A DNA stretch of 63,459 bases, filler included, from Perkinsus chesapeaki ATCC PRA-425 (GCA_013115145.1; 6 parts of 6 records of this genome joined end to end with filler, not necessarily neighbours in it); one strand, 5' to 3'. Shown: positions 47,122 to 60,000, numbered from the whole stretch's first letter. Translations and numbers: made by a program. The notes: a model not told the origin generated them from the sequence alone.

Positions 47122-49844
47122 ATGCAAAGGCCTTCGCCGCGAAATTCTGATGCTGACGAACACCAAACGTAAGCTTTGATTCGACGTGGCAGAACTTTGT
47201 CGCGTCCCTAGCTTGTTCAATTGCATTGCCAGGCTCAACGTATACAGCTCTCCCGGAAGGGGAGAGATCGAGATACCATCGTCCAGTTTTAGTGAGCTGC
47301 TATCAAAGTTTCGCTCGCTCGACCACGATTCTCAACTGAAGGTGGGATCTTGGGTCCGGTTAGTCTGCGCTTGAACATAGCGAGTGACTAGAGAAAGAAC
47401 CATTCTGTTTGGGAAATCCCTACTGCTCTATCAAATCAGGACAATATGTCTGGAAGCACTGTACGGAGCCTTTTGGGCGGGCCTTGTGCTGTCTTTTTGA
47501 GTAAACCGTCTACCCTAGACGATCGACCTGGCTAAGTGGCGTTGTTCCACGAGACAGTTTCAAAGTCGACAGGCATTCTTTTGTCAGTTACAACAGATGA
47601 GAGAGGTGATGTCAAGTCGAGGAAGTAACTGCTCCCGAGAAGTCAGAGAGCAATTAAATTATCTGCGGAAAGACTTCTGTGAATGTAGGTCGCGGCATTG
47701 ATGGCGTCGTTGGTGTCACACAAAGACAACGCTTCACAAATGAGGTGAGGCTCTTCAGCCTGGAGGTGGTACCCTCTCAATCAGCCAACAGGTTCACATG
47801 TGGACTCGAAACTATCGTGGAAGGGCACCAGAAGGAAATAGACGACATTGCACACAAAGTAAGGGAGGAGCAGCTCTGCGTGAGTCGGAAGGTATAAACT
47901 TGCAACTTTGGGTGCTACCAATGATCTATTGCCGCTGAGTCCCTATTGGAAGTCCTTGTTGGGGATAATCTTGGGCCCGGCAATTTCCAGTAGTCGGCCT
48001 CCCCACCTGGAAGAGACACCCAATCTGTGTGAGGGCACAGGGCCGCTTTAGCATACTGTAGCATAAAACTAATCCGTGAAATAAGAGTCGAGGCGCACCA
48101 AATTCGCGAAGGACACAATGTAAGTCAACTGAGTCTTAATGTGGTAATCGATGCAACAAAGAGAGTCTCTTCAAGAGCCGATGCGCGAATGTCCCATCCT
48201 AGCGTGTGAGGGACTTAAAATCTATCGCTCAGCTGGAGGAAGAAAAACTGCACCGGCAATCGCGAGAGGAGGAGATAGAACTACTTAAGAATAGGCTTAG
48301 CGAGGTCGAGGTGGAGAACCGCAAATTGAAGGATAACCACGACAGGCGGGTAATTATAGTAGAACGCTGAAGCCATGCCACTGCTAATCAGAGTTCGGGC
48401 AGCCATATTGACGTGGCTAGGCTAGCAACTACATTGGAAGACATTAAAACCGACCGAAAAATAATGGATAAACAACTGGCCAAGATTGGCCAGAGGGCAG
48501 CTACTTTAGAAGATGAGAAAACGGAATGGTTGGGGCATCGAGACGAGCTGCTGAATCTCGTTGACGAGCTCAAAAAGGAGAACAAAAGCCTAAAAGATTT
48601 TGCGGAAGACAGGGAAGCTCTGCGGCGGCGACTGGCTGATGCTGAGGATACCGCGGAGGATCTCTTAGTGCAGTTGACCGAGCTCCGATCCGAAAATTCA
48701 AAGTTGCGAGAAGAAAGTGAAGGTGTTCGAGAGCAACTCGCCAAACTTATGCAGCAGTTCGTTGACTACTCGGCCTCGGGCAACTGCTGTGTTGGGTGCG
48801 AAGAATTGAAGATGCGCAGTGAAGACATCCTCGCATATTCCAATCGGGCGAGAAGTGATGCCAAGCCATCGGTGAGCTCTAACTCGCTCATACCATCGCC
48901 TGCACTTCTGAGTGAAAAATCCTCGACCGACTTCGAACTGGATTCGATCGCCGCGGAACGAGACGCACTGACTTTATTATCGACAAGACTCAAAGAGGAG
49001 CTTTGTTCGGCGATACAAGACCGCGAAGAGGCATGTGCAAAGCTCCAAGATTATGGCTCGGATAGGGTGTTGGTTAATACCGCCACGGCTACGTATGAAA
49101 AGGAGGAAGCTTCCAGCGATCTATCAGAGAAGCTGGTTCTCCTCGAGGCCGAAAATGAGGAGCTTCGAGCTGAATGTCGGACTTCGCGAAAAATGGTTGA
49201 GATGCTAAAGCTCGACCTAGTGGATGCCAGGAACCTGAGCGCTAGTTTAAACAATCAGCTCCTGCATTCCGAGCGAATGGCGTCGACCATTGGAAGCGGA
49301 AGCCCAATGTCACAGGTAGGCAGCAGCATTATCGACAGCGAAGAGCGGTTTAGGCACCGTTGTCACCAACAGATTTGGGAGGACGATGCTCTTATGGGTT
49401 CAGCGAGGTTACTGAAGAAAGTCCATTGACGCCGCAACGCCCAGGTCGACGGAGAGGTGAGCAACTCATCACGAGGTGGCAGGGCGAGTGTTAAGAGCAA
49501 CGGCATTCGGCTCTTCCAGATTGTTAGTTTCAGAGAAGCATCCTAGATAATAACTAATGTGCCTAGGTTCATCTGGAGGACTGTACGGTCTACTTGCTAG
49601 AGCGACTGGTCAATCTCCTCATTCCCGGACAAAACAAGTTGACGAGCTCCAGCGAATTGCCCGAGAACTGACAATACAGGTGGATGTCTCGTGTTGAGAG
49701 CAACCTTAGCTATCTTTTCAGGTGGAGGAAAAAGAAGAGACAATCCATAATCTTCGTCGGTTACTCTCCGAGCATAAGGATTTCCTCGTCTCGGAGGCGC
49801 CTCCTGACGTGACGCAACGCGATTGCCGTGCCGATACTATATAG
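47122..49844 (+). CDS. Long coiled-coil protein, spliced
   Basis: 338-aa heptad-rich exon 48413-49429 plus flanking exons (EEIELLKNRLSEVEVENRKLK; VEEKEETIHNLRRLLSEHK...*). Confidence 0.7.
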
Positions 49845-50299
49845 TACCCTCTTGACAATATCGTCTCCCTATCATTTTTATTGCTGTGTTGTTTCTGAAA
49901 GGTTGGGCGGAGTAAGTGAAAGCCGAGTTAAGAGGTATCCTATATCACATAACGTAATACGTAGTTGAGTACAATGATATACTTGGTACCTACTTAATAA
50001 TGTAACGTAGGCCATATTGCTAGTAGAGGGAGGGCTACATCTAGGTGGTGACCTAGCGGTAGTGGCACTACTGTAGTGCACTGTCTGGCCGGCTCGTTAG
50101 CCTAGCCTTGCTAGTAGTCGGTTGGCTGAAAAATACCGGTATGATAGCACGTCCGCTCGGAACACGATCGCTCCTGATGGCTGTCGGCTCGTGGTGAAGC
50201 TCACAAGGTAACATTGCACCAGTATTGCCAGAAGCATTATGCTTGTGGCACTTGATAATAGCTAGCTTTTTGGCACGCGGATCCATCAGTGGCTCATAT

Positions 50300-51078
50300 T
50301 CACCATATTAATCACAGATAAGTTGTCTCAGATAATCGAAGCTAGTTGATAACAGTTGTACCCTAACAAGGATCCTGCCCAGAAGCTGCATCGTTTTGTG
50401 ATGCCCAAGCAAGCATTGCAGGGCACTTGTGTTAAAAAAAGAGACTATGAAGTAAAATCCCATCGAATACGGGGTTTGCAGGAGTAACCTGGAACACGTT
50501 ACCATGCACTCGATAGTTACTTAGTACAGAGATAATGCCACTATATGGCAAGTCTGACAGGCAGGCGGACATTATTCGATTCCCGACTTGCGAATAGGCC
50601 AGGCCGATTCGCAATTCTTGCAGAAGGGTTTCGCAACGGTTTTGGACGGAGCGTTGCGAGCCGTCTACTCAAGGCCGGTATGTGTGTTAAGTTTACAAAG
50701 CTTGTTTTTGTATATTAGCTTCGTATTTTCCTACCGACAGTCGTTGTCTGTCCTCTCAGCATTTGCGTGCTGTCTATAGCGAGCACGGTGTATCGCTACC
50801 CCTCACTGCATTTGCTGTATCATATGATATCTGTCAACGGTTATTACGTGAGCCACAAATTACCAGGGAAATAATATCTGTGAGTACGTATAAATACCTA
50901 TAATAATATAATTATCGGTGACACGGTGGTATTCATCCAGAGTGACCTTTAGAGTGACCTCTGGAAAGACTTTCCAGGAGGGCCATAATTTTGATACAGT
51001 ACTGTTGTCACGGTCACCCAGAACCGGTGCAAGCCCATGCAACAACAAAAAAAACCAAGCAACGGTGGACCATTTCAT
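50300..51078 (-). CDS. Possible secreted protein, spliced
   Basis: MKWSTVAWFFLLLHGLAPVLG signal-peptide-like start followed by DRDNSTVSKLWPSWKVFPEVTLKV. Downstream exons are unresolved. Confidence 0.4.
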
Positions 51079-51135
51079 ACTTGATCCGGCAATCCCCTTG
51101 ATACAGGTTCGCGGCAGTTCGTTATTCAACTTATA

Positions 51136-52281
51136 ATGGCTCCCCTCTGCCCTCGGTTATCACATCTAGTTCGGCATGCACAACCTATTAATAACACTCG
51201 CCCCTCAATGAGACCCGAATTTCTTTGGTCTTTTGGTCGACCATCGGCAGTATGCTTAATTATATTGATAACCTCCATTTCTTTCTCCCTGGGCTACCTT
51301 CTAAGGTCGCTCGGAATGGACTCTTTGGTGAGGACGCTACCGGGCATGAGTATACTGAGAGGCTCTTCAAAGATATCCTCTACGGCCAATCCGTCATTGA
51401 CATCCCTGCGCAATATTACTGAATGTCCAGAAACGGGTTCAATTAACATGTCCTACTACCAGAGTGGTGATTCATTCCAACGAGCCATCGCCTATGGGCT
51501 CTTCAAGCCTATGAGAGTCTACGAAGAAGCTAAGGAGATATGTTATGGTCCTCGCCTGGACAAGATGAATCGAAATGAAAGCTCCCCCAAACATTGGAAG
51601 TATTGTCTGCCATTGTGGGGCAGCCGGAATGCGTCTGAGTGTGCCAGCGCTACTCGAAACAGCCTTCTGGATCCACGAGTCTTGAAACCGGTATGTGCAA
51701 GTGCCGTATTGGATATGCTAACTCATGACGTCTACCGCACTATGGAAGAGGTCGGCTGCAATCCTATGCTTACTTTTGGCACCGCACTCGGAGCTTTGAG
51801 GAATGGTTCGCACATCCCCTGGACAGAAGACGTTGATTTGGCCTATTTCACATCTGCTGATGAAGGTCACTCTTGTGTGGAGAGCGACGAGTTTTCTAGT
51901 ATATTGCGTAGTCGTGGATATTTTACTTTCAAGCACCACATTTGGCGAGTTTGCATGACTTCAGACCATCCTTTAGCAGGTCAGGTTTATGATATTAGCT
52001 TCCGCAATGGAGACAAGCGCAACACTTATTTGTGCAAGGAGTACGGTTGTAATTATGTTGACCTGTATGCGGTGCGGAATTCCAGTGATGGGTATCGTCA
52101 TCAAGAACACCCAGGCATAATACAACACGATAAGGTCCTCCCCGTGAGGACAGCCACTCTCAATGGAGCGTCGTTTCCTACCTTTAATGATGTCGATGGG
52201 TTATTATCTGCTGTCTACGGTAAAGACTACGTGAGACCCAAGGCGCGGTCTGATTGGATAAAAGATATGGGAAAACAATAA
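51136..52281 (+). CDS. LicD/fukutin-family nucleotidyltransferase-fold protein, type II membrane (copy 1), intronless
   Basis: N-terminal TM anchor; LTFGTALGALRNGSHIPWTEDVDL matches the LicD GTLLGAxRxxGxIPWDxDxD motif; C-terminal G..Y..P. Confidence 0.9.
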   Translation: MAPLCPRLSHLVRHAQPINNTRPSMRPEFLWSFGRPSAVCLIILITSISFSLGYLLRSLGMDSLVRTLPGMSILRGSSKISSTANPSLTSLRNITECPETGSINMSYYQSGDSFQRAIAYGLFKPMRVYEEAKEICYGPRLDKMNRNESSPKHWKYCLPLWGSRNASECASATRNSLLDPRVLKPVCASAVLDMLTHDVYRTMEEVGCNPMLTFGTALGALRNGSHIPWTEDVDLAYFTSADEGHSCVESDEFSSILRSRGYFTFKHHIWRVCMTSDHPLAGQVYDISFRNGDKRNTYLCKEYGCNYVDLYAVRNSSDGYRHQEHPGIIQHDKVLPVRTATLNGASFPTFNDVDGLLSAVYGKDYVRPKARSDWIKDMGKQ

Positions 52282-52419
52282 CTTGTGTATCACCTTCATG
52301 TTTGGTTTCCCACAATGCTTATATTGACCATTTGCCACCAGCATCTATATCGTAGGGATTAAGGGATGAAACCTCGCTTGGGATCGAATTATTATTATGG
52401 TAGTGAGTAATGCAATACC

Positions 52420-52850
52420 ATGAACTGGCGACAGCTCTTTCAGTCGTTCGTAGATTCATAGGGAGATACACGACTCGTTTTGTAAAACCCAAGTGCTCGG
52501 AGGTACAGTTCGAGCCGTAGCTGGTTCTCCACTTGTCTATCTGTGTTCCCACGCAATATTCTGTACGAGGCAGTTAGCTAATTTGTAGCACTTTTTTATT
52601 AGATTAATTATTAATACTGTTAATATGTTTGATGGTGTCTGTCTCACTGTCTCGCACATTAATATTGCTGTTGTGTTGCTCGAGTGTGGCACGCAAAGTC
52701 GAAGACACTGCATCCCACAGATGAGATGAGGTCGAGGAAGAACAGTAGACATAAGAATAGACGAGTCGTAGACTAGTAATTTACTTTCGAGGAGGAAACT
52801 CGACTGAACAAACGTTGTCGGTTGTGGTCTCTTAGTCATGTTCGATCAAG
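52420..52850. repeat. Diverged segment duplicated with ~56550-56940 (part of the LicD tandem duplication unit)
   Basis: Shared blocks such as ggaggtacagttcgagccg, ttcataggga and gaggaa(a/g)ct..actgaac in the same order downstream of both LicD copies. Confidence 0.75.
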
Positions 52851-54815
52851 GTAGGGTTCCCAACGTCACTGTATACCCGCGGAGCGTAAGGGTTTTATGA
52901 TAAAGCTATGAGCAGTAGTCGTCCTGCACAAGCCCATGTAGAACTGAATTCATTGTGAACAGATCATACGAAGGTGTTGTTTGCAAACGAATCTTCTTCG
53001 AGAATGTTTCGGAGTGTTTCTCGTCATTCGTCGGATCCAAGAAGTTAACAAGATTCAGCGCATCGCCCGAGAACTAAATATACAAGTGGATGACTCGAGT
53101 TGAAAGGAACGTTAGCTGTCAGACCGAGAACAATGAAGAGACAACCTGTGGTCTTCTTCGCTCAATAGTATCAAGTTAATATCCGAAAGCGGGGATTCTC
53201 TTATCTCGAAGGCGGCCTTCGGAAGGCCTCCCCAGACGCGTCGCAACGCGATTGCTGTGAACAGAGTGAGTAATGAGTAGAATATCACGAGTAAAGAAGG
53301 CTAGCAACACGGTGGTACGACAATAATTGTGAGATAGACAGGAACTGTGTGAGTAACTCACAGTGAGTTATATAGTGCAAGTTACTATATTATAGTATAT
53401 TGATAACCCCTCGAGTCGAGTCTCGACAGTGTTCTTTCACTTTTCTTCCTTTACTGTGTCATATTTAAAAGGATGGCCGTATATTACGGATATGATAGCA
53501 TGTTACCATCGATTCACCGCTTCCGGCTAAATCTCAGACCTCAACACTCACAGCGAGACTCTTCCCACTGAGCATGACCCCGAGAGCGAAGTGGCTGCAT
53601 GCGTGACCGATATCCGGACTAGTTCAGAGTTCACTTTGAAACTTGATGAGCGAATAAGAAGATCCCAACTGTTGAGATGATATCGTAAAGTGATAATGTC
53701 AACTTCATGTTAATGATGATCCGACGAGCTAATTCTCCCCATCATTTTTCCGAACTGTGCCGCATAGTCTGTGCGTTCCCGGCGATACGAACTCACCTTC
53801 CCGTCGTACACACAGCAGCTAGTTCGTACGAACAGTCGGCATTTTAATATCCGGCTCATAAAGTGCTGCATAATACTACCTGACTAGAAAATACGCTTGA
53901 AATTTTTCGGAAATTTCATGAATTTCTCGGTGAGAAGTTCCAGGCGCCGCCTCAGCACAAGTATGTTCGGCATTTGGTGTAACAACGCACGATACGGTAA
54001 CAGTAATAACGCAGTAATATCGCCAAGCAAGAATGCTAGAGAGTTACATATCCTTCACTCTGTGAAGTTCACACGGTTCCGTACACTGTGCTGAAGTACA
54101 CAGCGGTAGTACCCCTGCGGTACCGAGAATCTCAAAAGTAACTATCGGAGAGACTCTCTTGAAGAGCCGTGACGGCGACACAACAGATTGTGTTGAACAC
54201 AACCGCCTTGGCCGTTGGGACGCGGTCCCAGGCACCAACAGAAAGGGTTCAGCGACGCTGGATCATTTTATAGTACGACAAATGCAGGATGTCGAAGTAA
54301 AGTCGGGGAGTATTCGGGCGGGCCCCCTTGGCCCGGTTCCTGTACGGTATACCGAAATGTGATGCGATCGGAAGCTGTACGCAGCCTACTCCACGAGGAT
54401 TGCTTGCTATAATGAAGAGAATAAACAGACTCTAGTCACTCGTTGCTAGAGCGGCAGGTTCCTCAACCGACATTTACGTGAATGGACCTATGAGGAGAGC
54501 CCAAGGGATAGGCACCGTAGTACTTTTATTCAAGGAAACGGTTTTCATATGTCACGCGTGCTATTTTGTTCGATTGGCCATTTGGTTGCTGGCAAGCAGC
54601 TTGCTAATCCTTAGCTCCGGAATTTGATAAAGTTCCCCACTGTCTATACCAAAGGTTCTGTACGCTCTCGCATTACCCAGGACAGGTTCGTTACCTGTTT
54701 ATTTGTCGTTTTCTCGAAATTTCCTCAATTATATGAAATTTCCATTTTCGACAACCCTGGCCAAAATAGAGAAAATCCACTCGCTTATTTGCCGCAAATC
54801 ATTCTTCAACTTGTA

Positions 54816-55946
54816 ATGGCCCTCTTCGGCAATCCTTTATCCCCTCAAGTTCGACATGCTCATCATATCACTCACTCCTCTGTGAGACACGTGCCCCTTT
54901 GGTGTCGACCATCAACGGTATGCTTGATGCTGTTGATAACCTCAATTTCTTTTCTTTCGGGCTACTCTCTAAGATCACTGGGAATGGACTCGTTGGTGAT
55001 ACCGGCCATGAGTCTTTTGAGAGGTTCGTCAAAAATGTCTCCTACGACCCATTTGCCATCGAGCCCGTCGAGCAGCAATATTATTGAATGTCCAGGAACG
55101 GGTTCAATTAACATGTCCTACTACCAGAGTGGTGATTCATTCCAACGAGCCATCGCCTATGGAATCTTCAAGCCTATGAGAGTCTACGAAGAAGCTAAGG
55201 AGATATGTGATGGTCCTCGCGTGGACAAGATGAATCGAAATGAAAGCTCCCCCAAACATTGGAAGTATTGTCTGCCATTGTGGGGCAACCGGAATGCGTC
55301 TGAGTGTGCCAGCGCTACTCGAAACATCCTTCTGGATCCACGAGTCTTGAAACCGGTATGTGCAAGTGCCGTATTGGATATTCTAACTCATGACGTCTAC
55401 CGCACTATGGAAGAGGTCGGCTGCAATCCTATGCTTACTTTTGGCACCGCACTCGGAGCTCTGAGGAATGGTTCGCACATCCCCTGGACAGAAGACGTTG
55501 ATTTGGCCTATTTCACATCTGCTGATGAAGGTCACTCTTGTGTGGAGAGCGACGAGTTTTCTAGTATATTGCGTAGTCGTGGATATTTTACTTTCAAGCA
55601 CCACATTTGGCGAGTTTGCATGACTTCAGACCATCCTTTAGCAGGTCAGGTTTATGATATTAGTTTTCGCAATGGAGACAAGCGCAGCACTCATTTGTGC
55701 AAAGAGTACGGTTGTAATTATGTTGACTTGTATGCGGTGCGGAATTCCAGTGATGGGTATCGTCATCAAGAACACCCCGGCATAATACAACATGATAAGG
55801 TCCTCCCCGTGAGGACTGCCACTCTAAATGGAGCGTCGTTTCCTACCTTTAATGATGTCGATTGGTTATTATCTGCTGTCTACGGTAAAGACTACATGAG
55901 ACCCAAGGCGCGGTCTGATTGGATAAAGGATATGGGAAAACAATAA
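54816..55946 (+). CDS. LicD/fukutin-family protein (copy 2), intronless
   Basis: Near-identical to copy 1 over the catalytic domain. The likely start is MALFGNPLSP at 54816, aligning with the copy-1 start. Confidence 0.9.
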   Translation: MALFGNPLSPQVRHAHHITHSSVRHVPLWCRPSTVCLMLLITSISFLSGYSLRSLGMDSLVIPAMSLLRGSSKMSPTTHLPSSPSSSNIIECPGTGSINMSYYQSGDSFQRAIAYGIFKPMRVYEEAKEICDGPRVDKMNRNESSPKHWKYCLPLWGNRNASECASATRNILLDPRVLKPVCASAVLDILTHDVYRTMEEVGCNPMLTFGTALGALRNGSHIPWTEDVDLAYFTSADEGHSCVESDEFSSILRSRGYFTFKHHIWRVCMTSDHPLAGQVYDISFRNGDKRSTHLCKEYGCNYVDLYAVRNSSDGYRHQEHPGIIQHDKVLPVRTATLNGASFPTFNDVDWLLSAVYGKDYMRPKARSDWIKDMGKQ

Positions 55947-57465
55947 CCCGTGTATCACCTTCATGTTGGGATTCCCACAATGCTTGTATTGACCATTTGC
56001 CATCAGTATCTATGTCTTAGCGGTTAAGGAGCCTCAGCCAGTGTGGAGTGAGTACCCCTAAGTGATACTACCCCCATGGCAGTGACTCACTGCCAGTGAG
56101 CAATGCGAGACACAATGATAGTAATGGCATAAGCTTCTCTGACAACTTGTTGTGTGTAGAGTAACTACGCGTATCGTAGAAAGAGAACATATCCTCTGTA
56201 CCGAGGATATGTCGCTAAATCATTTGCATTTTGCCAGGCGAGCGAGCCTCAGCGAGGGTGCATGTGACGACAGCCAAGGGTTGTGTTACTTTGTGGTTCG
56301 ATGCCACTCGAGTAGCTACAAGAGTTACCCGTTGGCCTGCTTGCTTATGCTGACTGTCTGGCAGTCAGACACCTCTGGTCTGCCTGCTCCCTAGCTGACG
56401 GCGCTGCAATCGGCACTTCACAGTGGAAGACTCGTGCGAGAGACTCATCCGTTTAGGTATCGACGCCTAGCTCGCGACTTTGCCTCCAGCAGCTGATCTA
56501 CATTGTTGAGCGATACTGCCGCCTCGTTCCCACTCTCCCGAAGAGAGAGACAGCTATTCAAGTTGTTAGCAGTCGCCTAGTCCTTAATGGGTTCATAGGG
56601 ACACACAAGAGTAGTTTTGTGAATTCCAATTGCTTGGAGGTACAGTTCGAGCCGAAGTCGGTCACTCACTCTTGGGTTCCTACACAATGCTCAATCTGAT
56701 TAAGTTCGCGCATTCGTAACACTGCTGTATTAATATATCTGATGGCGTCCGTCTCATAATCTTATACACATTCCTCTTGTTGTTCTTGAACGTGACACGT
56801 TAAATCAAGACAGTGCATTGAAGAGATGAAGACGGATCGAGGAAGATCAGCGAACGTAGAGATACGAGACGAAATAAGCGAATGATCTCCGAAGAGGAAG
56901 CTGAACCGAACAACTGCTGTTGGTTGTAGTTTATCATTCATACTCGAGCAAGCTAGGGTGCTTAAGGTTCTCAACGTTAGTGCAAACCAAGGAAGCATCG
57001 GGCTATGTTAAGTTTCATTGTTGCGCATGCGGTTTCGGTATAACTTGCCTCGAGTCCTTTTGCTTAACATATCTGTTTTCTTCACAGAGCGAGCAGGGTG
57101 TTTTCAAACTGTCATGAACGCAAGCAAAAGTAATAACATCTAATATGTTGATACCATTATCGAGTGGATCGATGTTCACTAAGATAATGAGGTGTTTAGC
57201 GCAGCTCATCACTTGCTGCAATCGGCAAAGTCACGAAGACTCTACCAAACAAACGTTTTGCCGTCATACTGGGATGATCAGCCTGGCGACTGAGCCCTAG
57301 GGACTTCACAAAATGAAAAATGTGCACACGAGGTTGCCACTATATGAATAAACAGAAATCGGACAAGAAGGAGGGAATCATTCATATCATACTTTACTCG
57401 TCATCAAAACCACCATCACTTCCGAATGAGGGGAACTGCGACTCGCTTGGCTGAAAACACATCGC

Positions 57466-58619
57466 TCATCCACGCGAAGCAATGCCAAGACTTACAGCGG
57501 TGTCGATGCTCTCGATGTGCCGGGATCGTTTGCCTGTGTACAGATTCATAGACACCGAAACAATCTCATCGTCGGAAGAGGCCTCCGAGTCCGTAGCAGG
57601 GTCAAAACACTCTGGCACAACTGTTGGAAGAAGAGTCACATTGTCAACGACATAGTCGACCCCCGGGAATGGGCCTGATGCGATCAATTTGGAACAAGTC
57701 GTAACGCATGCTTCACCTTGAAGTTTGCTGTCCGGGTTAACCAGAACTGTCCGCCATCCGACTTGCTTGGCAGCTTCAAGATTAGCTGGTGAATCGTCAA
57801 CCAAAATGCAAGCAGATGGATCCTCAACTCCTGCAATTTCCATAGCGATGCCTGAATGACGAAGATCTTCACAGTGCGCAGCTTCCAAAGATACCAACTT
57901 ACGGTAGCAAGGAGACTTCCTTTTGGTCTCGAACTGGCACATCGCTGTGTCGATCACATTCGGGAGGAGGTCGCGGACGCCAATAAAATTTAGACATCGG
58001 AGGCAGTGCTTCATAGGCCCCACAGTGAGAACCCACTTCGGTACACCTGCGCGCCACGAAATTACACAGCGACATAACCTGTCTTGCTGCTCACCAATGC
58101 GGCTGATCGTTTGTCGAACCGCGTGGTCTGGAGGAATGAGTTCCCGGAGCTCTCTGATGGCATGAGTCTCGTCAAAGTATCGATAAATCTAAAAATTCAT
58201 ATTCAATCGGAGCGAGTGGGAACTGTACCTCAGCCTGGTCATTTCTATCAATGTAACCTTCTTCTATCAGTCCTTTAATGCATGTACCATACTTCGAGTA
58301 GAGGGAGTAACCAGCAGAAGAGTCCAAACCAAAACTACACAAGCAATCCAAAGGACCCGGGAATCCCAGCGAGGTACTTTTCATGGATATATTTTCCAAT
58401 ATTTTCGGTTAGCAGACGGCCGACTTCTCGCCTGTCCTTCCAGTACAAAGTATCATCGCAATCAAGGAACAAAACCGGCCTGGAATCAAAAGCATCCTCC
58501 CGCGGGACTCTAAGGAAATCGACGCACTCGGCAGAAGATTGGTCGGTCGTGCTGTCCTCTGAGAAACGGCGACTTTTGCGTTTCGGAGACGTGTCGGGTG
58601 GTGAAGTAGTGGTCCTCAT
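57466..58619 (-). CDS. HAD-superfamily pyrimidine 5'-nucleotidase (SDT1-like), spliced
   Basis: Motif I RPVLFLDCDDTLY, cap region YSLYSKYGTCIKGL, motif IV CILVDDSPANLEAAKQVGWRTVLV. Confidence 0.9.
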
Positions 58620-58952
58620 GTAAACTATAAACAATTGCTGAGGATAATTTCAATACATCGCAACTTCAATGTTACTCAATAATCATCAGACGACGCTTAC
58701 TGATATTAATCAACCACGCAGATCGAAATCTCCTATATTATTTTCACTTGTCACACAAGCGTCGCTCATACACAATGCCACGTGCACCCTAACGGCCCGA
58801 GTTGAAACCAAAGTCATTTGGCAAAGGAGAGTATCTCTTCGAGATCGACCCTGACTATCGTCATTGTCACCACTTTAGTAGCACTGCATGAAAAATGTAA
58901 CAGATTAATTACTATCGACTGGTTAAGTGGACGGAGATCATCACGATCATCT

Positions 58953-60000
58953 TTACAAGTAAATACGTTGACGAGCCTGGGACAAGCGTTGAGGAAATGA
59001 GCAAGATTGCAAGATTATCACCTGAATGGGGTGTCGACAACTTGGACAGTACTTTAGTCTGGCAGAGCAGTCAGCGCAGAGCACGTGACCTGACGGGAAC
59101 ATCACCCCGGTTCGATCCCAAGGACCTCCATTTTCCTCACCACATGGAGATAGAGAGGTGTTCCACATATTCTCAAAGCAGACGATGCACAATGGATCGT
59201 TTACTGCTGAAAATGTAACAATACAAATCGCTTCGCTCCGCTAGAAGGTCGTACCTCCGCCTCTCAATCCCAGTGAGCTGCCATTAGGATCCATATCGTT
59301 ACCACTACGCTGCTGCTGCAGTTGATGCATTGCCAGGGCAAGGTGGACCTGAGAGGATTGAGATTGAGAACAGGTGACACAAGACATTCTAGCAGACAAG
59401 AAGTCCTTCTCACTTTTCTTGTGGCCTTTACTATTGCTGCGCAGACTTCCTCCAGCTCGCTCGGTGTAGTAGTCTGCATGTCATAGTCCCCTATTAAAAG
59501 ACTCTTCGATCGTCGAGCTGCCAATAGCGACTGAAGCACATAAAAGTCAGCAAGGAAATGCAATTTTGATGAAATTTCTCCGACCGTCAAAGAGCCCGTC
59601 TTAAATTGCTCAACAAGAGCGGGTCTTTGGTGATTCCAGTCAGAGGCACTACGTGCGACGGTGCCCCGTCCCTCCCCATTACGAAGTAAATATTCGAAGA
59701 GCAATTTGGCACTAGTTTTTCGTTGCCGTGTAGACGTTGACTTCTCTCGACGCCAGATCGATGGCGCTAAGCTATGGTCCGGTTATACGCATGCGCTCCT
59801 CTTCCCTGCGCGCGCCCCCTGGTTCATTTTCAACCAGACGCCGCGTGACCTTTGGTTCAACGATTAAGGGGATTTTCGCGCTTAAGGAGGCAACGGAACG
59901 GTGATTTATGGAAGCAATTTAGTTAATAATATCTTTCCTCGGTGCTGGTACGTACCTTATGAACGGCAGAGTACTCTTCCTTTTGCACTTGCAAGCCCGC
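58953..60000 (-). CDS. C-terminal RING-HC (IAP/RNF34-type) E3 ligase-like protein, spliced
   Basis: Removing the 51-nt GT-AG intron 59090-59140 gives CIVCFENMWNTSLSPCGHVLCADCSARLKYCPSCRHPIQ/ARQRIYL*. Upstream exon ORF 59264-59704. The 5' end is approximate. Confidence 0.8.

Noticed and set aside
50068-50286. Possible transposase zinc-finger fragment (AKKLAIIKCHKHNAS)
   Set aside because: Too short and without supporting motifs to call.
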